A DNA stretch of 63,890 nt, counting the filler, from Craspedostauros australis (taxonomy: Eukaryota): NCBI GenBank assembly GCA_030167865.1. It is 13 parts of 13 records of this genome, joined end to end, with 100 filler letters (N's around TTAATTAATTAA, not from the genome) between each part and the next. Parts side by side here need not be neighbours in the genome. Positions count along the whole stretch, not along the records: positions 1 to 23,923 come from JALAGF010003331.1; 12 more parts are not named here. One strand, written 5' to 3'. The notes beneath the pieces were generated by a model that had not been told where the DNA came from, searched no databases, and was given only the letters and a program-made list of their open reading frames with translations. Numbering within the stretch: position 1 is the stretch's first letter; every line of letters starts with the position of its first letter. Positions 1 to 12,525 of this stretch are shown in pieces. A program made the translations under genes and the position numbers.

Positions 1-230
1 GCTGCATCGATGTTGATGGTGCCCATGTCATTGACGAGGACAGCCACGGTGAAACCTTCGTAGTTGGCCAGGATGTGTGACAAGAGGGTGGTCTTGCCAG
101 ATCCCAAGAAGCCAGACAGGAGGGTGACCTTCAATTTGGGTTCTGGTTTCTCGCCATCCTTGGAGATACCTCGCTCTGGCTCCGCGGTTTTGGCTTCGTC
201 TGAGTGTTTTGGTTCATTGACGTCCTTCAT
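1..230 (-). CDS. CobW/COG0523 (G3E family) metallochaperone GTPase, N-terminal part, runs off the window edge
   Basis: Manual translation from ATG at 230: [10 protein letters not shown]...[45 protein letters not shown]. The Walker [10 protein letters not shown] and VLVNDMG motifs are typical of COG0523. Not in the supplied ORF track. Confidence 0.88.
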   Translation of the reverse strand, partial: MKDVNEPKHSDEAKTAEPERGISKDGEKPEPKLKVTLLSGFLGSGKTTLLSHILANYEGFTVAVLVNDMGTINIDA

Positions 231-1848
231 GGCAGCGATCATCTGTTGGCATGGGTTGGTTGGTTGGTTGGACTTCGATACTGGCGGCAGAAGATTGAAT
301 GCAACGATAGATGGCAGGTGGTGTCTCAGGATGGGTGGATGGGAGAGCTGCGAGAATGTATGAGCATGGTGCACAAGATCTGGCCGTACGAGGATGACAC
401 ACAATGATTGGTGGGAGGCCATCAACAAGATCTCGCTGGAGTTGCTCACTCTCACATTACTGACATCTCGAAATGCACACAGATCGTGGCGGCAGAAGTC
501 TGGATTTGGGTTGGGTGATGATGTGAGAATACAGCCTTCAAAGGCCTCTGTGCTTCTCCCAAGAGGCGTGGTGGGAAGCCGTGGACGAAATCGAGTCCGA
601 GTTTGTGCTTGTGTTGTTGCGTTCTGATTTGGTTCTTGTCGATGTGGAGGCACGATCCAAGAAGAGAAGCCTGCCCGTAGCTAGGCCATATTACTTTCGT
701 ATAGCCTAGGAAGGCCTTCTGGTTTTCTTCGCGAACAACACAGATTGTTGTCGGAATTGGAGAAAGCGTTCTCATCCAACAAACACAACACGCAAAATGA
801 TTTAGCCTAGAGAGTAGATTCTAGGCCATAATAGGTGCATCCAACCTCAGCGCCCGAACGCGAAACGGATTAGGTCGTTGGATAGGGGACAAACGAGCTC
901 ACCTCGTACCCAGAAGCAGGCGACGACGGCCAGGCAAGCGGTATTGTGCAGACGCAGGTGAAGAGCAAGCAAAGTATTCTATTCCTGTTGCGTATAACGC
1001 TGTTTGATGCAGATCTGTGTGCCCAATGCGTCTTGAAATAGGATGCAAAAATGCATCCCATTCGAAATGCTCGATCCCTTTCGAGGCATCCTTTGGCTCA
1101 TCACAACGTCGGTGGCTGTCACCCATGATTAATCGCCAGGGCTTATGAGCCATCCCTCGCCTTTCTCGATTGTTAGACTCGTTCTGGGCCATCTCGATGA
1201 CCAACCCTCGACACATTTGCGAAACATGTAGCGAATCTGCGGAGCTCCGACCCTTCGAGCAACCTCCTCTCGGCCACAGGGATCAGAAGCCAGGGAAAAG
1301 GCTTCACACTGCCTAATTCTATTATATTCCCTCGGTCCGCAGCGCAGTGCGTACACCCGGCCACTCCCGAAGACATGGCGAGCAGCGGATGTCTCGCCAA
1401 CTTCGCAGCCTTCTCAATCTTGCCCAAGTCCACGCCTCCCTCGGCCAGATCCTTAGGTATCCTGGATGTGGTGTTTCTTCATTGATTCACGACTGATGAT
1501 ATATTCGTGATTGGATTACAGCAAAATGTGTTTCAGCGAATTGTGCAATCGAATCTTGGAAGCGCTGCGAGTCCCACGTAAGCCAAATGTATCTTTGTCG
1601 ATGTGTCTTTCTGTGTGGCGGAAGGATCTTGTCTGTGGATGGTTGGTCAGAAAGACTGCGAGAGGTGATACGAACCCTCTGGGGAGGGTACTGCACACTT
1701 CGTCCCGCCACAATCCTCCGACCAACTCTCCGCACATCACGACAACCACACCCGCAGCAACCAACATTACAATCCAGAGCATTGGTCGTAGTATACTTCA
1801 TTCCGCAAAGCATTCCGCATCAATACTGAGACATTGCAGCGGGCAAAG

Positions 1849-3198
1849 ATGGCTTCGTTGGTGGGGTTGCTGAAAGCACCCAACTGCGGCACCGACAAGA
1901 CCATTTGGGAGAAGCTGTGTCCTGAGCTGTCCATTGTGGCAACCGGCGATGCTGATGAAATAGATCACAAGCCACCAGCAGCGCCTGCAATCCACGATGC
2001 AGCCGACGATGCTGGCAAGGATGGCGATACAACGAAGGATGAAGATGTCGTTTACAACAAACGCATGCAATCCATCGTCCAAGATGGATACTGCCTGGTC
2101 GATGACGTTCCCGCTCCCTCCCTGATTGAGAAGATCAGGAATGGTATCGAGCAGTTGGTGGCAATGGACTTACCGCCGACGCTCATCTTTCTGTTTGACG
2201 AGACGTGGGAATTGGCGAAGATATCGTCACAGACGTTGACAAGCGCCAACGCCAACGACAACCAATTCAACTACGACGTCCTCGCTTGGCACATCCCACA
2301 CGGCTCGGCCGGATTCTCGCCACACCGCGATCGACAACCCGACGACGTGGCATCGTCGTTCCATTCCGATTCGCAGATCCCCAAATTCATCACGCATTGG
2401 ATCGCCTTATCTGACGCCACACCATCCAGTTCTTGCCTCTACATGATCCCCAAATCGCTGGATCCGGGTTACATGCAAGGCGATGTGGACAGCGCGGACC
2501 CGCTGCAACGCGCCCTCTGCGACAAACATGCCTACCAGCACATCCGCGCCATGCCACGCCAAGCGGGACAGTCCGTTCTCTTTTCGCATCGCATCATCCA
2601 CTGGGGCTCGCACTGTCATGCGCGGACACAGCCGCGCATCGCCATCAGCTTCGTGGCGTCGCATCCCGATTTCGAACCCAGTTTGTTGGCGCAGCGCTGT
2701 ACCATGCCGTCGTTACAAACACGGCTGGTGCTGATCTGCGGGCAGTTGCTGATTTATTACCAACGATTTGATTTCTCTAAGGAGTTGATTCGAGCATGTT
2801 ACGAATATTGCAAGTTGCACCAGGATATACTGGATGAAACATATCGGCACAAGGTCTTTGTCGAATTCATCAAGGCGATGAAGGAGCATGCGGATGCTGG
2901 TGTGGAGAATGTGGGAGCGACAGCCAAGACGGACAAGGCGACGACCGTCCAACTAGTGATTAACGGTGATGGCAAAGAAGGGGAAGATGACGACGATGAT
3001 GACGAAGATGCCATGATGGAGGAGATGTTAAACGCGGAAGAGGAAGGGTATGGTGAATTCCAAGATGATTTTGATGAGGTGGAGAATGACGATCAAGGCG
3101 ACGACGGTAAGAACGAGGATGGGGAGGACGAAGACCCGGAACTTGCAGGCATCCAACCATTTGTGTTCGGGGACAAGAAGCGGAAGAGGGATGTTTGA
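1849..3198 (+). CDS. Phytanoyl-CoA dioxygenase (PhyH)-like Fe(II)/2-oxoglutarate oxygenase with acidic tail
   Basis: DGYCLV, HxD motif (FSPHRDR), ITHWIALSDATPSSSCLYMIPKS, distal His (HRIIHWGS), PRIAISF. First ATG is at 1849. Confidence 0.8.
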   Translation: MASLVGLLKAPNCGTDKTIWEKLCPELSIVATGDADEIDHKPPAAPAIHDAADDAGKDGDTTKDEDVVYNKRMQSIVQDGYCLVDDVPAPSLIEKIRNGIEQLVAMDLPPTLIFLFDETWELAKISSQTLTSANANDNQFNYDVLAWHIPHGSAGFSPHRDRQPDDVASSFHSDSQIPKFITHWIALSDATPSSSCLYMIPKSLDPGYMQGDVDSADPLQRALCDKHAYQHIRAMPRQAGQSVLFSHRIIHWGSHCHARTQPRIAISFVASHPDFEPSLLAQRCTMPSLQTRLVLICGQLLIYYQRFDFSKELIRACYEYCKLHQDILDETYRHKVFVEFIKAMKEHADAGVENVGATAKTDKATTVQLVINGDGKEGEDDDDDDEDAMMEEMLNAEEEGYGEFQDDFDEVENDDQGDDGKNEDGEDEDPELAGIQPFVFGDKKRKRDV

Positions 3199-3392
3199 AT
3201 GCTCTCCGGGGTAGTCGTATGTTACGAAGTCAAGTCGTGTGCGTATGTTTGGGACAGCAACAGATCTTGGGTATCGTAGCAGCATGACAAGGAGAATGTG
3301 AAATATCCTTTCATAACACCACTTGTACGCATGAGCCATGCGAATGCCTGTTGTAGTAGTACACGACTCTCTCTGGACTAGAATATGAGTAC

Positions 3393-5963
3393 TTATGCTG
3401 TCTCGTCCATCTTGAGGAAAGCGGCCGTGGACAAAGCAGCCAGACCAGACAAGGTTTCAGCAGCAGCCATCTCCTTGGGTGGCAAGTGCCGACGTGAGCG
3501 ACTTTGCAACACGGCGGATGGTGATTTAAGCGTGGGTGCGGGCTTGGCAGTGGTTTCTGCCTTGTCCTCCGTCTTTGCCGTCACCTTCGTCGCCTTTGGT
3601 GGCTTCGTTGCCGTCTTTGATGGCTTGGCTGCTGACTTTGCTTTTTTCATTAACTTCGCTGTCTTTGGCACGGGCGTCGTTGTCTTGGGAGACGCAGGAG
3701 CCACATCGTCCAGAACCAGACGCCGTTCGACGGCTCGAGACAGGGAGGCATCCGACAGTTTACGCACGATGTCTTCATCGCGCTGTCGCTTCCATTCCTG
3801 ACGGCGTTCGGGAGAGACCTCGCCCTTGCTGCGGATGTACCCGCTGGATGTGCGGTGGATGACTTCTTCGCTGGCGGCGGAACGATGCGAGGTGGACTTG
3901 GGCGCCTCGGGACGTGGGATGAAGTGCTCGGGGCGGTAGTCGTAGTCGCTGCTGCGGAAGGATGGTGGGGAAGGTGGGTACATGCTGGGAGGGTACTGCA
4001 TGGCATGAGAACGGGGACGGTGCATGGATGGCAGTCTGGATCGGAACTGATGAGGCGGTGGCGGTGTCGCAGCCATCTGGGAGTGATGGCGCACGCGTGC
4101 GGGATGCGGTGATGGCAGCGGCGAGGCGGGTGCACGGCCGTAGCTGTGATGCGGTGTCACCGCGGGTGGTCGCGGCATGCTCTGGGTGCTGGCGAAAGGC
4201 GATGCATGCGAATCATGGTGGCGATGGCGAGGCGGAGGATATGCAGGACGGTGTGTCGTGGGCGGTGACGAGACTCTTGGACTTGCGTACTCTGCGCCGT
4301 ACCCGTGCTGCTGCTGAGAATGACGGTGGAGATGCTGTTCCGCGTCATACTTGCTACCACCATTGTTGTTGCTGGTGGTGGTGGTGGTGTTGTAAGGATC
4401 GTAATGCTCGGCATGATCGTACTGAGCAGGGCGGGCCGACAATCCACGACTATAGGAATGGAAGGGCGGTCGTTCCGATCCGTAGTACGGGCTGCTGCCA
4501 GTGGTTGGTGGCGTTTGAGGTGGGACCGTGTAACGTTCCGTAGGTGGTGACACCGGATGCCGAGAATGATTCTGTGGCGGATACCCGTTGTGGTACGGAT
4601 TCGAGTGCGAGTGCGAGTGCGAATGTGAGTAAGGTGACTTGGTGTACTCCTGCTCAATGCTTTCGTTGCTGGCCTGGTGGTGTTGACTGTGTTGACTGTG
4701 TTGACTGTGATGGTAGTGCCAACGATCCATGGAGGGAGGCATGTCAGCATGCGGCCTGGCAGGGCGGTAGATAGGCAGAAGATGAGGCGGAATGATGAGC
4801 GGAGGCGCCTCCACATGCTTCTTTCCCTTGGACGACGCTGACGATGCTGGTGACGCCGGCGACGACTTGGACACGGACTCGTCCGGGGTGGGCGACGTCG
4901 GCTTGGACGATGGCGAGATCATGGAGACGATGATGTCCTCGTTGGGCTTGCCAGAATGCACGTGACCGTTCGCACCGCCTGCCTTGGAGATGACCTCCAC
5001 CTGCTCCTTGGCGTCGACGGCCGTGGCATCGTTTGAATTCTTCTCGCGCAGAGCCTGCGAGGTCTTCTCGAGACTGCGCGGAATGCCGATGTCGTACCAG
5101 AGACCCGAGGTGAGGTCCTTGGCAAGGAAGCGGCCGGCCGGCGAGGCGCTGCGAACAGTGTCGACGATCTTGCGAGCCACCAGCATCTTCTGCTTCTTGG
5201 TGAGTCCCACGTAGGTCTTCTTGTTGGCTGCCACGAGCTCTCGAAAGTGAATGTTGCCCAGATGTCGGTTGCTGCTTCCTCCGCGCCCGCAGAGGACGTC
5301 GTTGGAATGGGGCTTCTCGATGTCCGTGGTGGGCTCTGCGTCCGCGGCTGGATCGTGCGACATGCGAGATGGCGAAGTGACAGGAGAGTGCACAAGATGG
5401 CCTGCGGGATCGTAGGCATCCATGGCATCCGCGGCATCCATGGCAGCGTGGGGGCTGGTGGGGCTGGAGAGGGCCCGGCCATCCTGACGAGGCGAGGTTG
5501 GCTGAGATGGCGGGTACCTCCGATCCGTGAGCGGCGACACCACGCCAGAGTCTCGATCGCGATCCCGGAAGTGAGATGAGGGGATGGGGGTGCAGCTCTG
5601 CGTGCAGTCGTTGTCGAAGTTGGGGGCGACGCAGCGCACGAAGGGGGAGATGACGTTGTCCATGAAGGACCGCATGCCTCTGTGGTGGCCGTGCCTGCTG
5701 CTATCGCTCATGGGGTTGCTGTGGCCGTAGCCGCGGCTGTGGCCATGTCCGTGTTCGTGGCCATGAAGGTGGGGTTGAGGCTGCTGGTGATGTTGATACT
5801 GCTGATGCTGTTGATGCTGTTGATGCTGTTGATACTGAGTGCCATGGTGCTCAGCATGGTGCCTGCTGTGCTGACTGTGCTGACTGCGCTTCGATGGCGG
5901 AATTGATTTGCTGGATGTCGCCCGGAACGATGTGTACTCGGACACCATCTCGCTGATCACCAT
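3393..5963 (-). CDS. DUF6824-domain protein with H/Q/P/S-rich low-complexity flanks
   Basis: 856-aa ORF containing PHSNDVLCGRGGSSNRHLGNIHFRELV...GRFL...WYDIG...EKTSQALRE, the signature of this diatom-expanded domain. Confidence 0.88.
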   Translation of the reverse strand: MVISEMVSEYTSFRATSSKSIPPSKRSQHSQHSRHHAEHHGTQYQQHQQHQQHQQYQHHQQPQPHLHGHEHGHGHSRGYGHSNPMSDSSRHGHHRGMRSFMDNVISPFVRCVAPNFDNDCTQSCTPIPSSHFRDRDRDSGVVSPLTDRRYPPSQPTSPRQDGRALSSPTSPHAAMDAADAMDAYDPAGHLVHSPVTSPSRMSHDPAADAEPTTDIEKPHSNDVLCGRGGSSNRHLGNIHFRELVAANKKTYVGLTKKQKMLVARKIVDTVRSASPAGRFLAKDLTSGLWYDIGIPRSLEKTSQALREKNSNDATAVDAKEQVEVISKAGGANGHVHSGKPNEDIIVSMISPSSKPTSPTPDESVSKSSPASPASSASSKGKKHVEAPPLIIPPHLLPIYRPARPHADMPPSMDRWHYHHSQHSQHSQHHQASNESIEQEYTKSPYSHSHSHSHSNPYHNGYPPQNHSRHPVSPPTERYTVPPQTPPTTGSSPYYGSERPPFHSYSRGLSARPAQYDHAEHYDPYNTTTTTSNNNGGSKYDAEQHLHRHSQQQHGYGAEYASPRVSSPPTTHRPAYPPPRHRHHDSHASPFASTQSMPRPPAVTPHHSYGRAPASPLPSPHPARVRHHSQMAATPPPPHQFRSRLPSMHRPRSHAMQYPPSMYPPSPPSFRSSDYDYRPEHFIPRPEAPKSTSHRSAASEEVIHRTSSGYIRSKGEVSPERRQEWKRQRDEDIVRKLSDASLSRAVERRLVLDDVAPASPKTTTPVPKTAKLMKKAKSAAKPSKTATKPPKATKVTAKTEDKAETTAKPAPTLKSPSAVLQSRSRRHLPPKEMAAAETLSGLAALSTAAFLKMDETA

Positions 5964-6649
5964 TGTCGACTCTACTTGCTTGCGCTGGTATTGTCTTGCA
6001 CTCTATGTGGATGCTTCTCAGCCAGATGGAGTGGAGCGGTAATGGAGCGGAGTGGAGTACAGTCTAATATATAATATAATAGCTCGTATAGTATCCGGCA
6101 CAGTACCCGCACCAGGATGACTCGAGAATGGCGGGATGATGGACGTCTTCCAACTCCAACTTCGCAAGTGTCGCTGCGCTCTCTTGCCGTCTCCGTCGTT
6201 GGTCTCTTGCTCTTCCTTGGTCGTTGCCTTGTGTCGATCTTTGAGCGCCAAAGATTGTGTTCTGTGGTGTACGACTATAATAGTAATATAGCACGAGTGT
6301 GGTGTGGTGATAGTTGTGGTCACTGCTGCCGAACCTCTTCTTCTGTTTGTACTTCTGTTTCTGTTGGAGCGTTGCTGTTGCTGCCAATAATGCCATAGTC
6401 CGAGTGACGGAGTATGCTGCACATGAACAATTGCCTCGATCCATCCATCATCGCATGGAGCGAGAACAACTGAGATGGTCGTGCGGTGCACCATCGCTTC
6501 CCGACAGCATCCATCTCCATTCCACGCAATCGTGGCGCGTGCTCACACATGGCGGAGTCCACACAGATCAGAGTACGCGTACAGGTATCTGCAAAGAACG
6601 GACACGGCCGCAGAGAGGAGAAGTGCCGCATCACGAGGACAAGAGACCA

Positions 6650-6712
6650 GCAACGCAACACGACGCAACACAACACGACGCAACACAACGCAACACAACG
6701 CAACGCAATAGA
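6650..6712. repeat. Degenerate pentamer microsatellite (CAACA/CAACG/CGACG units)
   Basis: caacgcaacacgacgcaacacaacacgacgcaacacaacgcaacacaacgcaacgcaa. Confidence 0.6.
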
Positions 6713-8001
6713 CAAATCACCAAAAGAGAGAAAGGACAGATGACCCCACAACCCAAACATCAATGTGAGTGCAAAAGCCGAAAAATTTGTCGAGACTGAG
6801 GCCCTTGCACATGATAACTACTTACGAGGCATCATTTTTGGTCACGGGTTCCCATTGGCTTTTCGGTGGACTCAACGGGAAACTAAAGTCACACACATGG
6901 CAATGCACTTAATTTAGCCCTGAGGAAATTCATTCAAGATCCCTGTAAAAGCGTTCCAATGGCAAGGCCGAAAGATACCATGATGGAAGGAGGGAGAGCT
7001 CGACGAACGCACGCGGACGTTGCTTCTTCGGTTTTGTGAATGGTCGAAGGAAGCCGTTGCTGTCAACTGGCGTTTCGTCCACCGAAGATTTGGCGGCTCA
7101 CTTTTCTCCTCTTCCACTAGTGGACTCGTGCTCACTTTAGCGTTTGTGTCGTCGCTGTTGCTGTTGCTGACATGCTTCCCTGTTCTTTGATGTTGCTGAT
7201 GTCGTCGAGGCTGGCGTCTTTGGCGATCAAGATGCAGAAGATGCAGACGATGCAGATGGAGGTGAAAGTTAAAATGGAAGTGCCACCACAGTCCTCTTCG
7301 TTGAGTTGATCAACGATGATACAAACACGCTCGTATTTCCAGTCGAAAAAAGGACCGAGCAGAGTGAACCTCCGACTCACGTGTGCCATGTTGGTTGACA
7401 TTGAGAGCTTCATCCAATGCTAACGTGTAGAGTATGTCACCATCAGGAAGATACAAGACCGTGCGTAGAGGAGGGGCAGTACGTAAGATTGTCGGAGTGT
7501 CGTGGAACAGAATGCTATCCTACGAGCTTCGGCACTGCATGGATGAAATGCAAACGAATCTGGTGGAATCCGTCTTCATTCCCTGCCTCTGGTTTGCTGA
7601 ATGCCGTCTACGACTATATCGACTAACATCAGTCTTGCATTCGACGCAAACGTGGACCGACTGCTCGACCAAAACGATTCCCACGAAACAAGATCGAAAT
7701 TCGATTTTCGGCAGAGTGGATCTGTTTTTGTGTTGTGGCAGTTCGTCGATGAGTCAAAACGTGCGGCAAACAACCACGCAAAGTCACGCAATTCGAAAGT
7801 CACAGAGCCGCGGCGATGAGAACGATCAAAACACAAGCGAAGAACAGAACTTGAAAACGGAACAGGTGCTCCCTCGCTGCTTCGCCACCTTGCAGACTCT
7901 CCGCCACTGCCGCAACAACGACGCAACTCACAAACAAACCAAGAGAAAGGACCTCTGCAAGACCATCGATAGCAACACCAATCCCAGCAACAACCAGCAC
8001 C

Positions 8002-9002
8002 ATGGAGAAAGTCGAAGAATACCTCGTCACAGTCAACGATTTTATGGAGAGATATCCAACAGTCACTCAGAATGGTACGATCGCGGAAAAGCGGCTGTCG
8101 TCCATGGATGCGCTGCGGCAGTATGCGAGGGTTCCGAACCCACCAGGTTGATGCTTCGTTTCTCCAGAATTCCGCGGCGACGTTCTGAGAATTGGGTGGA
8201 TCCCACACCTGGCACGGGCGAATGAACGGCATTGCATGGCAGCAGCAATACGTTTCCATGATGCAAATGATGTCCATGGCCGGTGCCCCATCAATTCACG
8301 GAGCATGCCTATTATCTCGCATTCCTGTCTTGCTCTCTTCACCGCCGCTCTCACCGTTCTTACCCTCTCTGTTTCCTTCTCCAATTCGCATCGTTCCTTT
8401 TGATCGACATCAACCACAATGCCAAACGCAATCCTCAACTGTTGACGATGATTGCTCTCCAAACCCATGAAAAAACGACTATGCGAATCCCCGAATGCCC
8501 ACCCTCACAAACGAAAACACACATGCACATGTATGTACGTGCATACGCAATCCCCGTACTCGGATGAATCACAGAGATCATGAAGACGCTGGAAAAGAAG
8601 ACGGGGCACCCCAAGACATACTTTTTCCTGGGCGCCGTTGCTTTGATCGGCACCATCACCGCGCTGATCGGAGGAATGAAGCTCGTCACGGATCTCGTCG
8701 GCTTCCTCTACCCCGCCTACATGTCCTTCAAGTGCATGGAATCCACCAACGACCTCACGCAAGACGCCACGCAGTGGCTCACATACTGGGTCGTCTTCTC
8801 CAGCGTCACCGTCATAGAGAGCATGGCCGGCTTCATCATCAACTGGATCCCAATGTACTTCCTCATCAAGACCGGAGTCATCATCTGGATGTACCATCCA
8901 AAGACGAAGGGTGCCGAGATGGTCTACACGCAGGTTGTGCGCGCGCACATCGTTCCGCAGATGGAGAAGATGAAGGCGGCGACGGCGACGAAGTCGGACT
9001 AA
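8002..9002 (+). CDS. REEP/DP1/Yop1/HVA22 ER membrane-shaping protein; exons 8002..8074 and 8575..9002
   Basis: GFLYPAYMSFK...DATQWLTYWVVF...WIPMYFLIK...WMYHPKTKGA is the TB2_DP1_HVA22 signature. Exon 1 (MEKVEEYLVTVNDFMERYPTVTQN) joins in frame through a phase-1 GTACGA...ACAG intron at 8075..8574. Confidence 0.9.
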
Positions 9003-10385
9003 TTGCAGCTGCTTGTTGGAATCGCAAGCGCGCAGATCCATTTACTTGCGAAAGGAGGAGACAAGATGCCGACCCGACTGCTCGGCATTATGCTATTCTC
9101 CTCTGTTCCATCATCACCGGGGTGCATCGCAGCATGCGTGGCTGCGGGCAGAGAGGAGGAGTAGAGTACTATTACGCATGGTATACCACTCCACCATGCG
9201 TACCGTATATTAGCATTACTCCTACACAATAAACACACCATACCATACAGAGTATGGACAGCACCGTCATCATCATAATTCAAGGGCCCATCAGCTGGTG
9301 GATGGGTTGGATCGGATGGTTCAGGAAATGAATTATTGGACGAACGTCGCAGCCAGCCAACATACAAGACAGAACAACAAAAACATAAAAAAATGAAATG
9401 GCAAGGGGAACAACGATCGACCGATCAATTCAAACGGTGGATAAAAGGATGACAACTTGATTGGAATGGATCATGGATCGGTCAGACGTCAAATTTGCGC
9501 GAGTGGTCGATCCATGAAACAGACGCCGAGTGAACATGAACAGCAGATCCCCAACTCGGTGGAGCATGGGAAGAGAAAATGGAGATTTGATTGTGAATTA
9601 TCATTCCATGCATGGATACGAAGGATGGAGGAAAAGGGGATTTGGTTGGACGGAGGTGATTGCATGCGCAGTTGCACCATTGTACTTCTTGGCGGTCTGT
9701 TCCTATTCTACATACATACGGGCATGATCGCAAGTGAACAAACCAACTGTGCCAGCAACACAACCGTTCAGCCATCATGGAGACCGCGACGAGGACAACT
9801 GCGACAATGGAAGACACAACGTGCATCATCTTGAATCATTAGTATTGAAAAACAACATTGATTGAACAAACGCAGCGCAATGCATTTCTTCTCTCGTTTC
9901 ATGCTGTACTTTGCGTCGAAAATACCAATGTTGGTAGGGCTGTTGGCTGTACTACATACTCGCACGAGTAGCATGACTGCAAAGAGCAACCGTATCGCGG
10001 TGGGTTGTTGTTGTTGGTCACTGTCGTTGTTCTTGGTTGCCGAAAATGGCGAGAAAGACGAAGTGTGGGTTTGTGGCGTGAGAATCGTTGTCTTGTTTGG
10101 TTGGACGAATCTTCGGACACGTCACGTTTTGCATTTCCGACCAGCACACATTTGAGTCGCTGAGTTGATTCGCGTAGTGACGATGGAAAAAGACAACGAC
10201 GCACACGTACTCCAACCGATACCATACGCACCAACCATCGCCACCGTCATCGTCGTTGCCGTTGTCGACAAAAATACCGAAAGACATTCCAAACAACAAT
10301 TCAGCCCATGACACCTTACCTCACACCTCACACCTCACACCTCAACCACCACAAACTTGAACACCCGCCACCCCGCAGATTCACC

Positions 10386-10886
10386 ATGAAATTCACCAGC
10401 AGCATCCTCTCCATCGTGGCAATTGCGTCATCCACCACAGCCTTCACAACGGGCCCAGCCGCACGATCCCAGCACACTGCTCTCCAGGTCATCGATCCCA
10501 CGGCCGTGACGGAGGCCGCCAACAGCGGCGTGGACTTTGGTGCTGTCGCAGGTGGCGTCGGTGGACTCGGTGCTGCCGTCGCGGCCGCCGTCGGATTCGC
10601 CACGAAGTCGTCAGAGAAGCCAAGCAAGGCTGCCGTCGAAGAGATCCCAGAGCCAGAAGCAATCGATGTGTCGATTCCGTACAACGCCGCCGCCCAGTTG
10701 GCATTCGACGCCAGCGCATTGGAGGCATCCGAATTCGCCACCTTCGAGGAGGCCTACTTGGCCAAGACTGTCGCCGAAGTCACTTTGAAGAAGATGCAGC
10801 GCGATGCTGCCCTGTTCGAGACCAGCGTCGTGGCCAAGGCCGTCAAGGCGTACGATGAGTTGATTGCCACAACGACGAAAGAGTAA
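10386..10886 (+). CDS. Small plastid-targeted protein of unknown function, probably with one membrane span
   Basis: Signal peptide MKFTSSILSIVAIASSTTA followed by F (ASAFAP-type cleavage), an S/T/R transit peptide, a Gly/Ala hydrophobic stretch and an IDVSIPYNAAAQLAF motif; strong codon bias. Confidence 0.75.
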   Translation: MKFTSSILSIVAIASSTTAFTTGPAARSQHTALQVIDPTAVTEAANSGVDFGAVAGGVGGLGAAVAAAVGFATKSSEKPSKAAVEEIPEPEAIDVSIPYNAAAQLAFDASALEASEFATFEEAYLAKTVAEVTLKKMQRDAALFETSVVAKAVKAYDELIATTTKE

Positions 10887-12525
10887 GAGTACGCGCAAGG
10901 CACACAACAACAACAACTACAACAATGGGAAACAGGATGCAATGCAATTGGAGGACGCATTGTCGCTGGCATGCATGATGTGAACGGAAGGCTTTTCTGG
11001 ATGACACAAGAACAATGCTCTGTTCGATTACGACGCTCATCGTATTGTTCTTGGAAAGATGGATGGACAAACAGACATGTGTAGGTACATTGAGGACACA
11101 CGAGCGCGCTGCCATGCGATGCGACGCAGAAATAGTATCAAGCTAACTTAGAACACGAGTATAGTGCTATTGCGTACCCTCCGCTCTCTCTCTCCCTCTC
11201 TCTACGTATGGTACATCGTATTCTACAACATGAATGAACAATACGAGTACTTTTGACATGGACGTTTGTTGGAACAAATTCTTGTGAAATAGGAGCATGC
11301 AACCGAGTCTCCCAAACGGGAAAGAAGCATGGTAGGGTGTGAGTTTTGAGGAGGAGAGTCGGCTTTTTGTGAATTCCTGAATGGAATGGAGGGAGAGACA
11401 TGTTGATGTGCAGAAGAAGTGATGCTGTTGTGCCATAGTCGTACGTACTAGAGTAGAGTACCCTCTAGTACCATGCCATGCGGGCCACCGTATCCGCCTC
11501 TTTCGTGAAGCTTTCTCTACATTGAATACAGCTAGCTTGCAATATTGAAACGAGAACACGATTCATATGCGGTCGTTCCAGTCGACATAGCTCGTGACCG
11601 AGAAAGAGACAACTGTGTCACGTAGATGATTGTGTAAAACCAGTACTAAATCGAGACAATCAACGGAAGAGGACCTCGCGCAGCGAACGGCACAACATCA
11701 CAAAACAACAAGAACAACACGCAAAACATGCACAGCAGCAAAAGGAGAATTTCGCACACACTCACGAGAACAGATGGCGGACACGACAACACGACAACAG
11801 CACAGCACCAAAGCACGCCGCAACGAGATTGGGAAAACCGAGAGAGAGAGGATTGAGGACCTCGCACAACGAAGAAGGGGAATCTGCCGGATCACACAAT
11901 CCAGAGACCACAAGAAGAAACCCTTCTCATCTCCTTCCACTCCCTCCATCAGCCGACACCCTTTCATCACGACTCCATCCGCGAAATAGCATTGGGAATA
12001 GCTCGCAGGCCGCTTGATCCACGGTCTATTCTATGCTCGTGCGAATCTACTACTGATAGAGAGGCATTGATGGTACATCACAGGTGGGAAGGCAACGGAA
12101 CAACGGAAAGACAAGAGACAAGAGGAAGAGACAAGCACGACGAAAGCAACAACATCGGAGAACAAAAAGGAGCACGCGGACTCTAACAATCCCCAGACGC
12201 GCCACGCTCGAGAGGACATCTCTCCTGAATGCAGGAGAACTGTTCCTCTTGATTCTTCTGCCTCTGCGGCGTGCTTGCTGCCGAACTTCCCACCAGCGTG
12301 ACACGAGTGATCGCAGGGCGAAGCGTCCTTCTCCGACAGAACAATCGGACAACGTCTCATCCCTTCATCACAGCAGCGTCAGCGCTGCATCGAACTGTCG
12401 CATGCTGCTATCCCTTGGCAGAAGCACATTCTCAGCAGATCAGAATATAGTACCATAGTCTTGGAGGATTCAGAATACATCCACGCGATCAAAAGCACCA
12501 GAAAGAGCAACTGTAGGCGACTTCG

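Noticed and set aside
660..1480. Short minus-strand ORFs and repeated CTAGG/CCTAG motifs
   Set aside because: Possibly a decayed element or pseudogene, but I found no recognisable protein motif, terminal repeat or TSD.
7434..8225. 263-aa plus-strand ORF and overlapping ORFs
   Set aside because: No motifs; it overlaps the promoter, exon 1 and intron of the REEP/HVA22 gene in another frame.
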